A DNA stretch of 64,000 bases, taken from the IMG/VR virus record IMGVR_UViG_3300029705_003980; one strand, 5' to 3'. This document shows, piece by piece, positions 1-8,809 of this stretch. Within the stretch, counting starts at the first letter, position 1. Each line of letters begins with the position of its first letter. The notes beneath the pieces are model-generated. The model ran no database searches and was not told where the DNA came from. It worked only from the letters and a program-made list of their open reading frames with translations. The DNA is from an uncultured virus (IMG/VR IMGVR_UViG_3300029705_003980). Lineage: Duplodnaviria > Heunggongvirae > Uroviricota > Caudoviricetes. The position numbers and the translations under genes were made by a program.

Positions 1-655
1 ACAAGAACAGAATAAAATCGCTGCTTTTTTCACCGTAATAGACACTTTGATAAACAAACAAAACAATCTCGTTGAATCCCTCAAGTTGTATAAAAGAGGA
101 GTTCTCCAACGCCTTTTTAAGGCTAACATTACAGAACATAAAGAGAACAACATAGGTTCACTTTTTACTGTTACGAGAGGATATGTATTGCCTTTATCGG
201 AAATCCGAGTAGAACCTGATAACGAATATTGTTATCCTGTTTATTCCTCGCAAACAAAAAATGAAGGTCTTATGGGGTATTATAATCAGTATTTATATGA
301 AGATGCAATCACATGGACAACAGACGGAGCAAATGCTGGTTTTGTCCGTTTCCGTAAGGGAAAGTTTTATTGCACCAATGTTTGTGGCGTTTTATTGAAC
401 GATGATGGTTTTGCAAATGAGTATATTGCCGAGAGGTTGAATTCGGTTACGAAACGTCACGTTTCTTACGTGGGCAATCCAAAACTTATGAATAATGTTA
501 TGGCAGAGATTACAATCGAATATCCCTCTTTAGAAGAGCAGAGAAAGAATTCTTTGCTTATTTCACAAATGGATAAAAAAATCCAATATGAAACATCGGT
601 TTCAGATTCATTAGCAAAACTTAAAACTGCTTTATTACAGCAGATGTTCATATAA
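1..655 (+). CDS. hsdS: Type I R-M specificity subunit HsdS, 3' part (conserved spacer plus one TRD); open at the left window edge; probable silent alternative allele
   Basis: Frame is open from base 2 (QEQNKIAAFFTVIDTLINKQ...), contains TRD-like ITWTTDGANAG and PSLEEQ, and ends LLQQMFI like the minus-strand hsdS. Confidence 0.88.
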   Translation, partial: QEQNKIAAFFTVIDTLINKQNNLVESLKLYKRGVLQRLFKANITEHKENNIGSLFTVTRGYVLPLSEIRVEPDNEYCYPVYSSQTKNEGLMGYYNQYLYEDAITWTTDGANAGFVRFRKGKFYCTNVCGVLLNDDGFANEYIAERLNSVTKRHVSYVGNPKLMNNVMAEITIEYPSLEEQRKNSLLISQMDKKIQYETSVSDSLAKLKTALLQQMFI

Positions 656-1362
656 ACATCTGCTGTAATAGGGTTTTCTTTAGAGCAAGCAATTGAGTTA
701 ATAGAGTTTCTTGCTGTATGCAACTATTATCTATAGAGTTTAAAAAACGCACAATCAAAACTTCCTCTTCGATAGAAGGAAGTTCTATAACTTGACTATA
801 AAGGGTTTCCCATTCCACATTACGTCTGCAAGCACTCGCACCAACGGTTGTGGCATTGAAGAAAAATTGTTTTGCTTCTTCACGCTTAATCCAATGGTAC
901 ATTAATTCTTGCGAACACCCTTTGATATGATAGGTTTTGTAAGCGGGTGAAACCATACCGTGTTCAAATCGCAAATTTACATTTGCATTGCCAAGATGTA
1001 AATTTTGGGTTGATAGTACAAGAGTACCTTTTTTGATTTTTTTATACCCGATATTGCTTGTGCCTCTTTGATGCCCAAATAATTCTGTGTTCAAAAACAT
1101 ACCTTCTATAGCTGCTGAAAGAAGTATATCCTCATTTTCAGTTTTTGTGCGGTCGTTATATTCGATAATTATATCTCCAAAAGGGACAGAGCTCCATTCA
1201 GGAAAAGGAGTACCGTCAGGTTTTGTGAATCTGAATTTTCTATCAAATATAGCGGTTATAACACCTCTTTTATACAACTTGAGGGATTCAACGAGATTGT
1301 TTTGTTTGTTTATCAAAGTGTCTATTACGGTGAAAAAAGCAGCGATTTTATTCTGTTCTTGT
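1..1362. repeat. Perfect 99-bp inverted repeat (1-99 versus 1264-1362) in the hsdS conserved spacer; invertible segment
   Basis: Direct base comparison: 1-99 is the reverse complement of 1264-1362; the repeat may extend left of the window. Confidence 0.95.
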
Positions 1363-1808
1363 ATTGTTGGTATTGCCTTTTTAATATTAGCAATAACTGA
1401 GGCACTTAAACTTGGTACACCCGATGCTTCGTTATGTAAAAGCCAATTGATTGTTTCAAAAAGGTAATACTGAAATTTTGGGTTTTCGCCTTTTTGAGGT
1501 TGAGTGAAGAATAAGGTGTCTACAGACCAAAACGGTTCAGACATATATATTGGTTTATTTATAGTTCCTTTTCTACCAATACACACGCATTCCCAATCGC
1601 ACATAAATGAATCAATATATGTTATTATACCACCTGTTCCCATAACAGGGTATTTGCCTATTTGATTACTTTGACCCTTATAGTCTTTTCCATGTTTGAC
1701 TGATAAAATATCACCCAGCGTTTTCATTTGCCAACTGCTACCGAATTCGGGAAAACGAAGTTTCGGAACAATAACCGCTTGACTATTACTTGAGGATACA
1801 TTTTGCAT
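648..1808 (-). CDS. hsdS: Type I R-M specificity subunit HsdS (expressed copy, two TRDs)
   Basis: VPKLRFPEF, PTIQEQNKIA and PSIEEE conserved blocks; GAGGAGGTG RBS before ATG 1808; directly downstream of hsdM. Confidence 0.95.
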   Translation of the reverse strand: MQNVSSSNSQAVIVPKLRFPEFGSSWQMKTLGDILSVKHGKDYKGQSNQIGKYPVMGTGGIITYIDSFMCDWECVCIGRKGTINKPIYMSEPFWSVDTLFFTQPQKGENPKFQYYLFETINWLLHNEASGVPSLSASVIANIKKAIPTIQEQNKIAAFFTVIDTLINKQNNLVESLKLYKRGVITAIFDRKFRFTKPDGTPFPEWSSVPFGDIIIEYNDRTKTENEDILLSAAIEGMFLNTELFGHQRGTSNIGYKKIKKGTLVLSTQNLHLGNANVNLRFEHGMVSPAYKTYHIKGCSQELMYHWIKREEAKQFFFNATTVGASACRRNVEWETLYSQVIELPSIEEEVLIVRFLNSIDNSCIQQETLLTQLLALKKTLLQQMFI

Positions 1809-1812
1809 AAAA

Positions 1813-3375
1813 TCACACCTCCTCATCAAAAGGGAAATCAAGACCAAGTTCCTCAAAGAAAGGTTTTAGTTCGGCATTGATGCCCTTGATGTCTTTTTGA
1901 AGTCCTCTGATAGTTGCAGACACTTCAGCAAGGTCAATTTCCGGCTCTTTTTCAAAGGTGTCTACATAGCGAGGAATATTAAGGTTGAATCCATTTTCTG
2001 CAATTTCGTCCATTGTTGCAACATGGGCGTATTTTTCAACATCTGCACGAGCAATATAAGTTTCAACAATTTTGTCTATATCGGAATCACGAAGGATATT
2101 CTGATTTTTTCCGGCTTCATAATCTTTGGAAGCATCGATGAATAATATATTGTCCGCATTGCTTGCACGGTCTTTTTTGAGTACCAAAACACAAACAGGG
2201 ATGCTCGTTCCAAAAAAGAGGTTTGACGGAAGACCTATAACACAATCTAATACATTAAGATTTTCAATCAAATACTTACGAATAGTCTCTTCGGCACCGC
2301 TGCGGAAAAGAACGCCGTGCGGAAGAAGGACAGCCACACGACCATCTTCATCCATATGGTAAACCATATGCTGAACGAAAGCGAAGTCAGCTTTTGACTT
2401 TGGGGCTAACTTGCCATACTGACTGAAGCGGTCATCTTCCAAGAATTTATCGTCAGCACTCCAATTTGCAGAATACGGAGGGTTTGCAACCTGCACACGG
2501 AACTTCATATCCTCGAAATAGTCGTGTTCAAGAGTGTCTCCGTTATAAATGTTAAAACGCTGATAATCAATACCACGCAAAATCATATTCATTCGTGCCA
2601 AGTTATAAGTAGTTGAGGTCAGTTCCTGTCCGTAGTAAGAACGGACATTTGCATAATTTTTCAATCTCAAAAGAAGCGAGCCAGAACCGCAGGTTGGGTC
2701 TGCTGCCGCCTTAACATCGGTCAAGCCGTGACAAGCCAAACGGCAAAGAAGCTCGGCGGGAGCTGATGGTGTATAGAATTCACCAGCTTTTTTGCCCGCT
2801 GTTGCTGCGAATTGACCGATGAGATATTCATAAGCGTTACCGAGAACATCAATTTTTGTATCTTCAACTGAGAAGTTTATTTCGTCAAGTGAAGCTATAA
2901 TTTTTGCCATTACAGAACTTCTGTCTTTTACTGTGTGACCGAGCTTGGTGGAGTCAAGTTGCATATCAGAAAACAAACCATCGAAGTCCTCCTGACTTGC
3001 ATTTCCAATAGTTGATTCCATAAGAGCATTTATAGCTTTCTGTAAAAATTCAATGTCAAAAGCACGGTTTTCAACCATCTTGACCATATTTCTAAAAAGA
3101 TACTGAGGTTCAATTACAAAACCGAGGTCATTCAATGATTCTTCAATAACGGCGTCTTTATATTCCGCATCTGCCCACGCTTCAACATAAGTCATATTAT
3201 CGTCTTTGAGGAGGTTTTCCATATACTTTTCTGTTCTGTCGGAAAGGTAATAATAGAAAATCATACCAAGTATATAATTCTTAAACTCGTAGGCTTCCAT
3301 ATTTCCACGGAGGGCATTCGCCATTGCCCATAACTTATTGCAAAGCTCTTTTTGATGCAACTGTATATTATCCAT
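1813..3375 (-). CDS. hsdM: Type I R-M methyltransferase subunit
   Basis: GEFYTP, DPTCGSGSLL and NPPY motifs; 520 aa. Confidence 0.97.
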   Translation of the reverse strand: MDNIQLHQKELCNKLWAMANALRGNMEAYEFKNYILGMIFYYYLSDRTEKYMENLLKDDNMTYVEAWADAEYKDAVIEESLNDLGFVIEPQYLFRNMVKMVENRAFDIEFLQKAINALMESTIGNASQEDFDGLFSDMQLDSTKLGHTVKDRSSVMAKIIASLDEINFSVEDTKIDVLGNAYEYLIGQFAATAGKKAGEFYTPSAPAELLCRLACHGLTDVKAAADPTCGSGSLLLRLKNYANVRSYYGQELTSTTYNLARMNMILRGIDYQRFNIYNGDTLEHDYFEDMKFRVQVANPPYSANWSADDKFLEDDRFSQYGKLAPKSKADFAFVQHMVYHMDEDGRVAVLLPHGVLFRSGAEETIRKYLIENLNVLDCVIGLPSNLFFGTSIPVCVLVLKKDRASNADNILFIDASKDYEAGKNQNILRDSDIDKIVETYIARADVEKYAHVATMDEIAENGFNLNIPRYVDTFEKEPEIDLAEVSATIRGLQKDIKGINAELKPFFEELGLDFPFDEEV

Positions 3376-3453
3376 TGTTCATGTTCCTTTCGTCAATCCT
3401 CTGTCTTATTACTTGAGGAGTATTTTTCATTTTTTTATAAAGCTCCTACGAGC

Positions 3454-6228
3454 TTAACTACTGTATTTGCTTACATGGGATTTGATGAATTCTACAATCC
3501 TTGTAACAAGTGATTTCTTTTTCAGAAGAGGCATCGGTTTTTCGATGCGGTCACGAACCTCACCTTGATTTAAAACGCCGGAGAAAGAGTATTCGGAAAT
3601 AAACTCATTCAGCATTTTAACATCAATGTCCTCGGAAGTTGCAAAACTTTCAATTTCCGCTTGCTTTTGCTTGTTTTCAAATTCATCGTATTCAGCATCA
3701 ATATCCTGTGTACCATCAAGTCCCATAACGACTTCGTCAAGGAAGGCTTTAAGGATGTCGATTTTCTTATGAAGCTGCATATTGTCGGAACGGTCGAGTT
3801 CTCGTTTGATATGTTCCACATCTTCGTGGCGAGGCTTTCCATTCTCAAAAGTAATGTTGCGAATAAGGTTCATAATGTATGCTACATTGATTCTGTTGGT
3901 TTCCATCAATTCAATGCAGAAGTCAACATCATCAAGAACCGAAACGACCTCACGGTCAATTTTGGTTTTGCGATAAAGCATTATGTATTTACTCTTGTAA
4001 TCCATAAACTCCTGATCGCTCATTTCAATGCTTTCTCTTTCGGTCTTAAATTCAACAAATGTCTGTAAAGAAAGCCACAACTTTGAAAGCTCTCGGAAGT
4101 TAACAACAAATTCTCGCTGGTCATCCTCATTCATAAGCGTATCTATGGATGCCGGGGTTGGTACGAGCAGTTTGATTTGTGCCACAAGCTCGTTAAACTT
4201 TTGAACGAAATAATCAAAGTTTGGAGCGAGTATTCCATCGGTATCGTTAGTCTGCGAGAAAAGAGCCAAAGCCTCATCCGTGTTTTTCTTGAGGTTTCTG
4301 TAACAAATAATTATACCCCACGGCTTTGTTTCCTTTTCAACACGATTCGTTCTGCTGTATGCCTGAAGTAAATCGTGATACTCTAATTTTTTATCAACAT
4401 ACAGAACTGAGAGAGGCTTGCTGTCGAATCCTGTTAAAAACATATTTACAACGAGAAGGATATCAAGCTGTTTTGTTTTCTTACCCTTCACTCGGTCGCT
4501 TATATCTTTGTGGTAAGCGTGGAAAGTATCCGTTGTGAAATTAGTGCTATAGCAATCGTTGTAATCGAGCATTATTCTTTCTAAAGCATCTCGGCTATGT
4601 TCATCTTTTCCTTCGTAATCCTCATTTGCACCATATGAGAAAATACCTGCAATATTTAAATCGTGGTTTATGCTTTTGAAAATGTCATAGTACTTAATAA
4701 GTGCCGGAATAGAGGAAACCGCAAATATAGCTGTGTACTGACGATTTCTTGTTTTTGCTTTATGATTTTCAACAATATGGTTTGCAATCATTGTCATACG
4801 CTCATCAGCCATATAAAGCTCGTTGGTGTCGATTGCCTGCGTCATTGTGCAGTCGTTTTCATCGTAATCGCCATCAATGGTTTTTATGTACTCAACATGG
4901 AAGCCGAGGACATTATTGTCAAAAATAGCATTCTTTATAAGGTATGAGTGGAGGCACTCACCAAAGAGTGTTTTTGTTGTTTGAACCACTCTACCTTGTG
5001 TCTTTCCGTTGACCTCAAAACGAGGTGTTCCCGTAAACCCAAAGAACTGTGCGTTCTTAAAATGGCGGACTATGTCATTATGCATATCTCCAAACTGTGA
5101 ACGATGGCATTCGTCAATAATAAAGACAACCTTTTCTTCACGATATGCTTCGAGAACTTTTGCATATTGAGGTTTGTTGACAGCTGTTGCCATCTTCTGA
5201 ATAGTGGTAATAATGAGCTGACGATTTTTGTCCTTCATCTGTTTTACCAAAACATCGGTGCGGTCGGTTGTGTCAACAGAACCCGCTTCAAACTTATTAA
5301 ATTCCTCGGTAGTTTGTGTGTCCAAGTCTTTTCTGTCAACAAGGAAAATAACCTTCTTGATTTTGGGGTTGCTTGCAAGTATTTGAGCTGTCTTAAAAGC
5401 CGTAAGTGTTTTTCCGGCTCCTGTGGTATGCCAAATATAAGCATTCTTATTTGTAAGGGTAGCTTGACGTATGAGAGCTTCTGTTGCATAAACCTGATAT
5501 GGTCTCATAACCATCATTATTTTATCTGTGTCATTAAGGATGGTGAACTTCGTCAGCATTTTTGTGATAAGGTCACGAGCCAAGAAAACAATCGAAAATT
5601 CCTTCAGATTGGTAATACGAATATTGTTATCATCCGTCCAAAAGAAGGTATGCGAATACATGATATCTTTATCGCTGTTTGCAAAGTATTTTGTGTCCAC
5701 TCCATTGGAAACAACAAAGAGCTGAATGAAATGGTACAAACCTTGATATGAATGTTTCCTATAACGCATAATTTGATTAACAGCTTCCTTGATGTCTCCG
5801 CCTCGTCTCTTTAGTTCGATTTGGATAAGTGGTAAGCCGTTAATCAATATGGTTACATCATATCTGTTTGTATACTTTCCGACTACTGTTGTTTGGTTTG
5901 TTACTTGATAAATATTTTTTGAGTAATCCTCGTCAAAAAGCATAAGGTATACCTTTGTGCTATCGTCTCTTTCAAGCACAAATTTATCTCTTAAAATTTT
6001 AGCACTTTCAAAAATACTTTTGCCATTAATATGGTTGAAAACACGCTCCCATTCTTTGTCGGTGAGAGGTTTTCCTTCAAGTTTATTTTTGTTAAAAAGT
6101 TCAAACTGAACTTTGAAATTCTCAAGCAAAGAATCGTAATCTTCGATTGTAACTTGGGAATAGTTTTGTGTTTTTAATTGCTCAATAAGCTGTTGCTCTA
6201 ATTGAGCTTCACTTTGATATCCCATCAT
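3454..6228 (-). CDS. hsdR: Type I restriction endonuclease subunit R
   Basis: D..ILINGLPLIQIELK nuclease motif, HTTGAGKT Walker A, DECHR, QAYSRTNR; 924 aa. Confidence 0.97.
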   Translation of the reverse strand: MMGYQSEAQLEQQLIEQLKTQNYSQVTIEDYDSLLENFKVQFELFNKNKLEGKPLTDKEWERVFNHINGKSIFESAKILRDKFVLERDDSTKVYLMLFDEDYSKNIYQVTNQTTVVGKYTNRYDVTILINGLPLIQIELKRRGGDIKEAVNQIMRYRKHSYQGLYHFIQLFVVSNGVDTKYFANSDKDIMYSHTFFWTDDNNIRITNLKEFSIVFLARDLITKMLTKFTILNDTDKIMMVMRPYQVYATEALIRQATLTNKNAYIWHTTGAGKTLTAFKTAQILASNPKIKKVIFLVDRKDLDTQTTEEFNKFEAGSVDTTDRTDVLVKQMKDKNRQLIITTIQKMATAVNKPQYAKVLEAYREEKVVFIIDECHRSQFGDMHNDIVRHFKNAQFFGFTGTPRFEVNGKTQGRVVQTTKTLFGECLHSYLIKNAIFDNNVLGFHVEYIKTIDGDYDENDCTMTQAIDTNELYMADERMTMIANHIVENHKAKTRNRQYTAIFAVSSIPALIKYYDIFKSINHDLNIAGIFSYGANEDYEGKDEHSRDALERIMLDYNDCYSTNFTTDTFHAYHKDISDRVKGKKTKQLDILLVVNMFLTGFDSKPLSVLYVDKKLEYHDLLQAYSRTNRVEKETKPWGIIICYRNLKKNTDEALALFSQTNDTDGILAPNFDYFVQKFNELVAQIKLLVPTPASIDTLMNEDDQREFVVNFRELSKLWLSLQTFVEFKTERESIEMSDQEFMDYKSKYIMLYRKTKIDREVVSVLDDVDFCIELMETNRINVAYIMNLIRNITFENGKPRHEDVEHIKRELDRSDNMQLHKKIDILKAFLDEVVMGLDGTQDIDAEYDEFENKQKQAEIESFATSEDIDVKMLNEFISEYSFSGVLNQGEVRDRIEKPMPLLKKKSLVTRIVEFIKSHVSKYSS

Positions 6229-6286
6229 TGTGCCTCCTTGTTAAACATTATATATTTCTTGGCTCAACTAATGAACCTTCGTTTTA

Positions 6287-7081
6287 TTATATTAATTCAT
6301 TCAATCTATTAAAAGCCATTAAAAACCAAGCTTTGTTTTCTTCTGTAAATCCACTTTCGTATGACCAATGAGTGATTCCACGCCATTGAGAAAAAATTGC
6401 TGAACCAAGAAGCATCACATCATCAACTTCGCCGATTACAGCAGCAAGGCTGTCAACTCTATTAAGTGGTGTTCCTTTAGAGTATGCTTCGTCAAAAGCA
6501 TGACCGCAGTCCATTTCAAAACCGAGTGAAAAACACTCATTGCCCATTTCTTCTTCAAAAAGATAATCAGCATTTTGAGGGACTTCCGTAAATATTTTTA
6601 ACCACTTATTTACAAATTCCTTTGTTGCAATATATCTTACTTCTGAACAGCCAAACAATACAGGCTCGAATATTCCAGCCTCTTCGCATATCCTCTCAAG
6701 TTCACGCTCAATCCTTTTTCCGTGCGGAGGGAACTCTACTGTACCCTCTAATTTTTGAACAGTATTGTTAGAATGACGAATTTTCAAACTCCAAGCCGAA
6801 CCATCGCACACCTCAACTCGATAATCGGGTGCTTTTGTCATTTCAGCATTTACTTCGTCCAAAATATAAAAAAGGCGGTCGCATAGATTTTTTGAGAACT
6901 TTCCGTTTCTTTTCAAAAGAACATCATCTCGTCCGTTGAATTCTTCATATACCACTTCATTTTTATTTTTGTAGATGGTTGTTCGACTCCGTGAAATATC
7001 ATCGCCACAATGACAAGAACAATCGAACCATTCTAACACTATGGAAGTAATCAAGCTACCACCTTCCTTTCCACGAACCAC
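6287..7081 (-). CDS. Hypothetical protein (true start may be slightly internal)
   Basis: 264-aa ORF continuing the minus-strand operon. Confidence 0.7.
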   Translation of the reverse strand: MVRGKEGGSLITSIVLEWFDCSCHCGDDISRSRTTIYKNKNEVVYEEFNGRDDVLLKRNGKFSKNLCDRLFYILDEVNAEMTKAPDYRVEVCDGSAWSLKIRHSNNTVQKLEGTVEFPPHGKRIERELERICEEAGIFEPVLFGCSEVRYIATKEFVNKWLKIFTEVPQNADYLFEEEMGNECFSLGFEMDCGHAFDEAYSKGTPLNRVDSLAAVIGEVDDVMLLGSAIFSQWRGITHWSYESGFTEENKAWFLMAFNRLNELI

Positions 7082-7323
7082 CGACCGATATTGTTGCCGG
7101 ACAGATTCGCTGACCTCTCGAAAAACAGATAGCTCTGTTTGCCATTTATTATAATCGTGTAGCGGTCACCTTGACCTCCAGCTTTCATTGCGGCAGCCTG
7201 TCTAATGTCGGTAACCTTATCTATAACATATCGTGTGCCATCTTCCCATACGAGGGATTTGGGTGTCATAAACCCATCCTGACGGAATGATGCATCCACA
7301 TCGACATAAACCTTTATATTCAT
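7051..7323 (-). CDS. Small conserved beta-rich hypothetical protein of the type often found near Y-family polymerase genes
   Basis: 90 aa, P..L.WEDG..Y.ID.V...RWFVE pattern; ATG overlaps the upstream stop. Confidence 0.65.
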   Translation of the reverse strand: MNIKVYVDVDASFRQDGFMTPKSLVWEDGTRYVIDKVTDIRQAAAMKAGGQGDRYTIIINGKQSYLFFERSANLSGNNIGRWFVERKVVA

Positions 7324-7511
7324 ATTACTGACCTTTGCCTTTCCAGTTCGGAGGGTGTCATTGTTTCACGAATTCGGTCAGCTTCCATATAGTCAATATC
7401 CAAAAACGTCCGAACTTCTGAAGTTCCATCGTTTCTTAATAATGAGACCTTGATTTCCTTAACCGGGAAAATATTATCAAACTTCTTTACAAGTTCTTCT
7501 GTTGCTATCAA
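7320..7511 (-). CDS. Hypothetical protein
   Basis: 63 aa; AGGAGG RBS; coupled to the next gene. Confidence 0.6.
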   Translation of the reverse strand: MIATEELVKKFDNIFPVKEIKVSLLRNDGTSEVRTFLDIDYMEADRIRETMTPSELERQRSVI

Positions 7512-7526
7512 AGAAACCCCTCCTTG

Positions 7527-8096
7527 TTACGCACCATAGAAATCATCGGTTCTTCCACCATCGGCTGCACCTTTGAGCCAATTGCCCGGCGAAAACAATG
7601 GTGCTTCTCGTATTTTATAACCCTTCCATTTCATTGTGCGGAATTTAAAATCCAAAATCTCCGCAGGAACACGAAGCTCCGAAGCTGCCTGAAAGAATGA
7701 AAGGTCATCGTTGAGCCTTTCTATTACATCCTCATCTTCGAGGAGAAGCTCGGCAGCGAAAATATTAGCTTCATACTCGAATGTAGAAGCAGAGTCAAAC
7801 AATCCGAAATCGTGAAAGGCTTTCACTCCAGCTTGCTTGTTATGAAGCACAGCGTGTCCGAGTTCGTGGGAACATATAATCCTTTGAAAATCGGGAGACA
7901 AATCACTATTTATTGTCATCGTCCGAATACGGCTATGCGTGAGGTAGAACCCTTTACAGCTTTCGATACTTTTGCCCATAGGAGCATAAAGCACTTTGAT
8001 GCCCATATAACGGGCGAGCTTTAGAGGGTTGGTTTCATCATACTTTGCTTTCAGCTTTTCAGCCTTATCGCAAATGAAATCAAAGCTATTGTACAA
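7527..8096 (-). CDS. ImmA/IrrE-family metallopeptidase (anti-repressor)
   Basis: HELGH zinc motif and EYEANIFAAELL; TTG start at 8096 after GAGGTG. Confidence 0.92.
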   Translation of the reverse strand: MYNSFDFICDKAEKLKAKYDETNPLKLARYMGIKVLYAPMGKSIESCKGFYLTHSRIRTMTINSDLSPDFQRIICSHELGHAVLHNKQAGVKAFHDFGLFDSASTFEYEANIFAAELLLEDEDVIERLNDDLSFFQAASELRVPAEILDFKFRTMKWKGYKIREAPLFSPGNWLKGAADGGRTDDFYGA

Positions 8097-8162
8097 AAGA
8101 AACACCTCGCTTCCATTATTTATTATAAACACATTACTGTCCAAAAAACAGGACACGAAGTG

Positions 8163-8603
8163 TTAATCGTTTTTCTTACCCTTTGGAGAGAACTTCACAC
8201 GAGCTTCTTCTTTAGAAGCAATGTATGCCTTTGTAAGAGCCTCAAAGAATACTTCCTTTTCATCCGCTGTCAGCTCACCACCTGCAAACAAGGCGCAGTT
8301 TTCGCTGATAAGGGTATCAAGGTCACGAGCACCTTTCGCTCCATATCTCTCACGTGCTTCCTCTATATATCCGTCCTTTTCGATGTCCTCCAACGGATTC
8401 TCGCAGTTATCATCTGTCAGAAATTTGACGGAAACATTGAGAACTCTCGCCAAATTCAGTAGGGTGCTTGGGCGAGGTGTTTTTTCACCCTTTTCATAAG
8501 CACTTATGGAACGGAGAGAAACTCCGACCTGCTCACCAAGCTGACTTTGCGAGATGCCTAATTCAGTTCTTGCATCAAAAACTTTTTCTGCAAAAGACTT
8601 CAT
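8163..8603 (-). CDS. XRE-family HTH repressor (ImmR/CI-like)
   Basis: SQSQLGEQVGVSLRSISAYEKG HTH; ATG 8603 after AAGGAG; adjacent to immA. Confidence 0.92.
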   Translation of the reverse strand: MKSFAEKVFDARTELGISQSQLGEQVGVSLRSISAYEKGEKTPRPSTLLNLARVLNVSVKFLTDDNCENPLEDIEKDGYIEEARERYGAKGARDLDTLISENCALFAGGELTADEKEVFFEALTKAYIASKEEARVKFSPKGKKND

Positions 8604-8624
8604 AAAATAGTCACTCCTTTTTGT

Positions 8625-8785
8625 TAAAAGTGTAAAAGTTCTAAAAAGTTCCAATTTGCTATTGACAAAAGTTCTAAATAGTGCTAATATTGTATATGAA
8701 CTCTTTTGAACTTGCAAAATCATTATAACGCACATTTTTTACTTTGTCAAGAGGAAAGTTCAAAAAAGTTCTTAAAAGTTCCATT
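8625..8785. promoter_or_regulatory. Face-to-face sigma-A promoters with an AAAGTTC operator array
   Basis: Plus strand TTGACA(8662)-17-TAATAT(8685); minus strand TTGACA(8750)-17-TATAAT(8727); AAAGTTC at 8635, 8645, 8668, 8755, 8765, 8775. Confidence 0.85.
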
Positions 8786-8809
8786 TCTTTTGAGAGGAGG
8801 TTTACTTCT

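Noticed and set aside
5104..5751. 215-aa plus-strand ORF
   Set aside because: Antisense shadow of hsdR with no RBS or recognisable motif
8630..8785. Canonical LexA (SOS) box upstream of dinB
   Set aside because: GAAC and GTTC half-sites are present but never as GAAC-N4-GTTC
8604..8809. N-terminal extensions of the XRE and dinB ORFs in the track
   Set aside because: They run through the promoter region; RBS-supported starts are 8603 and 8810
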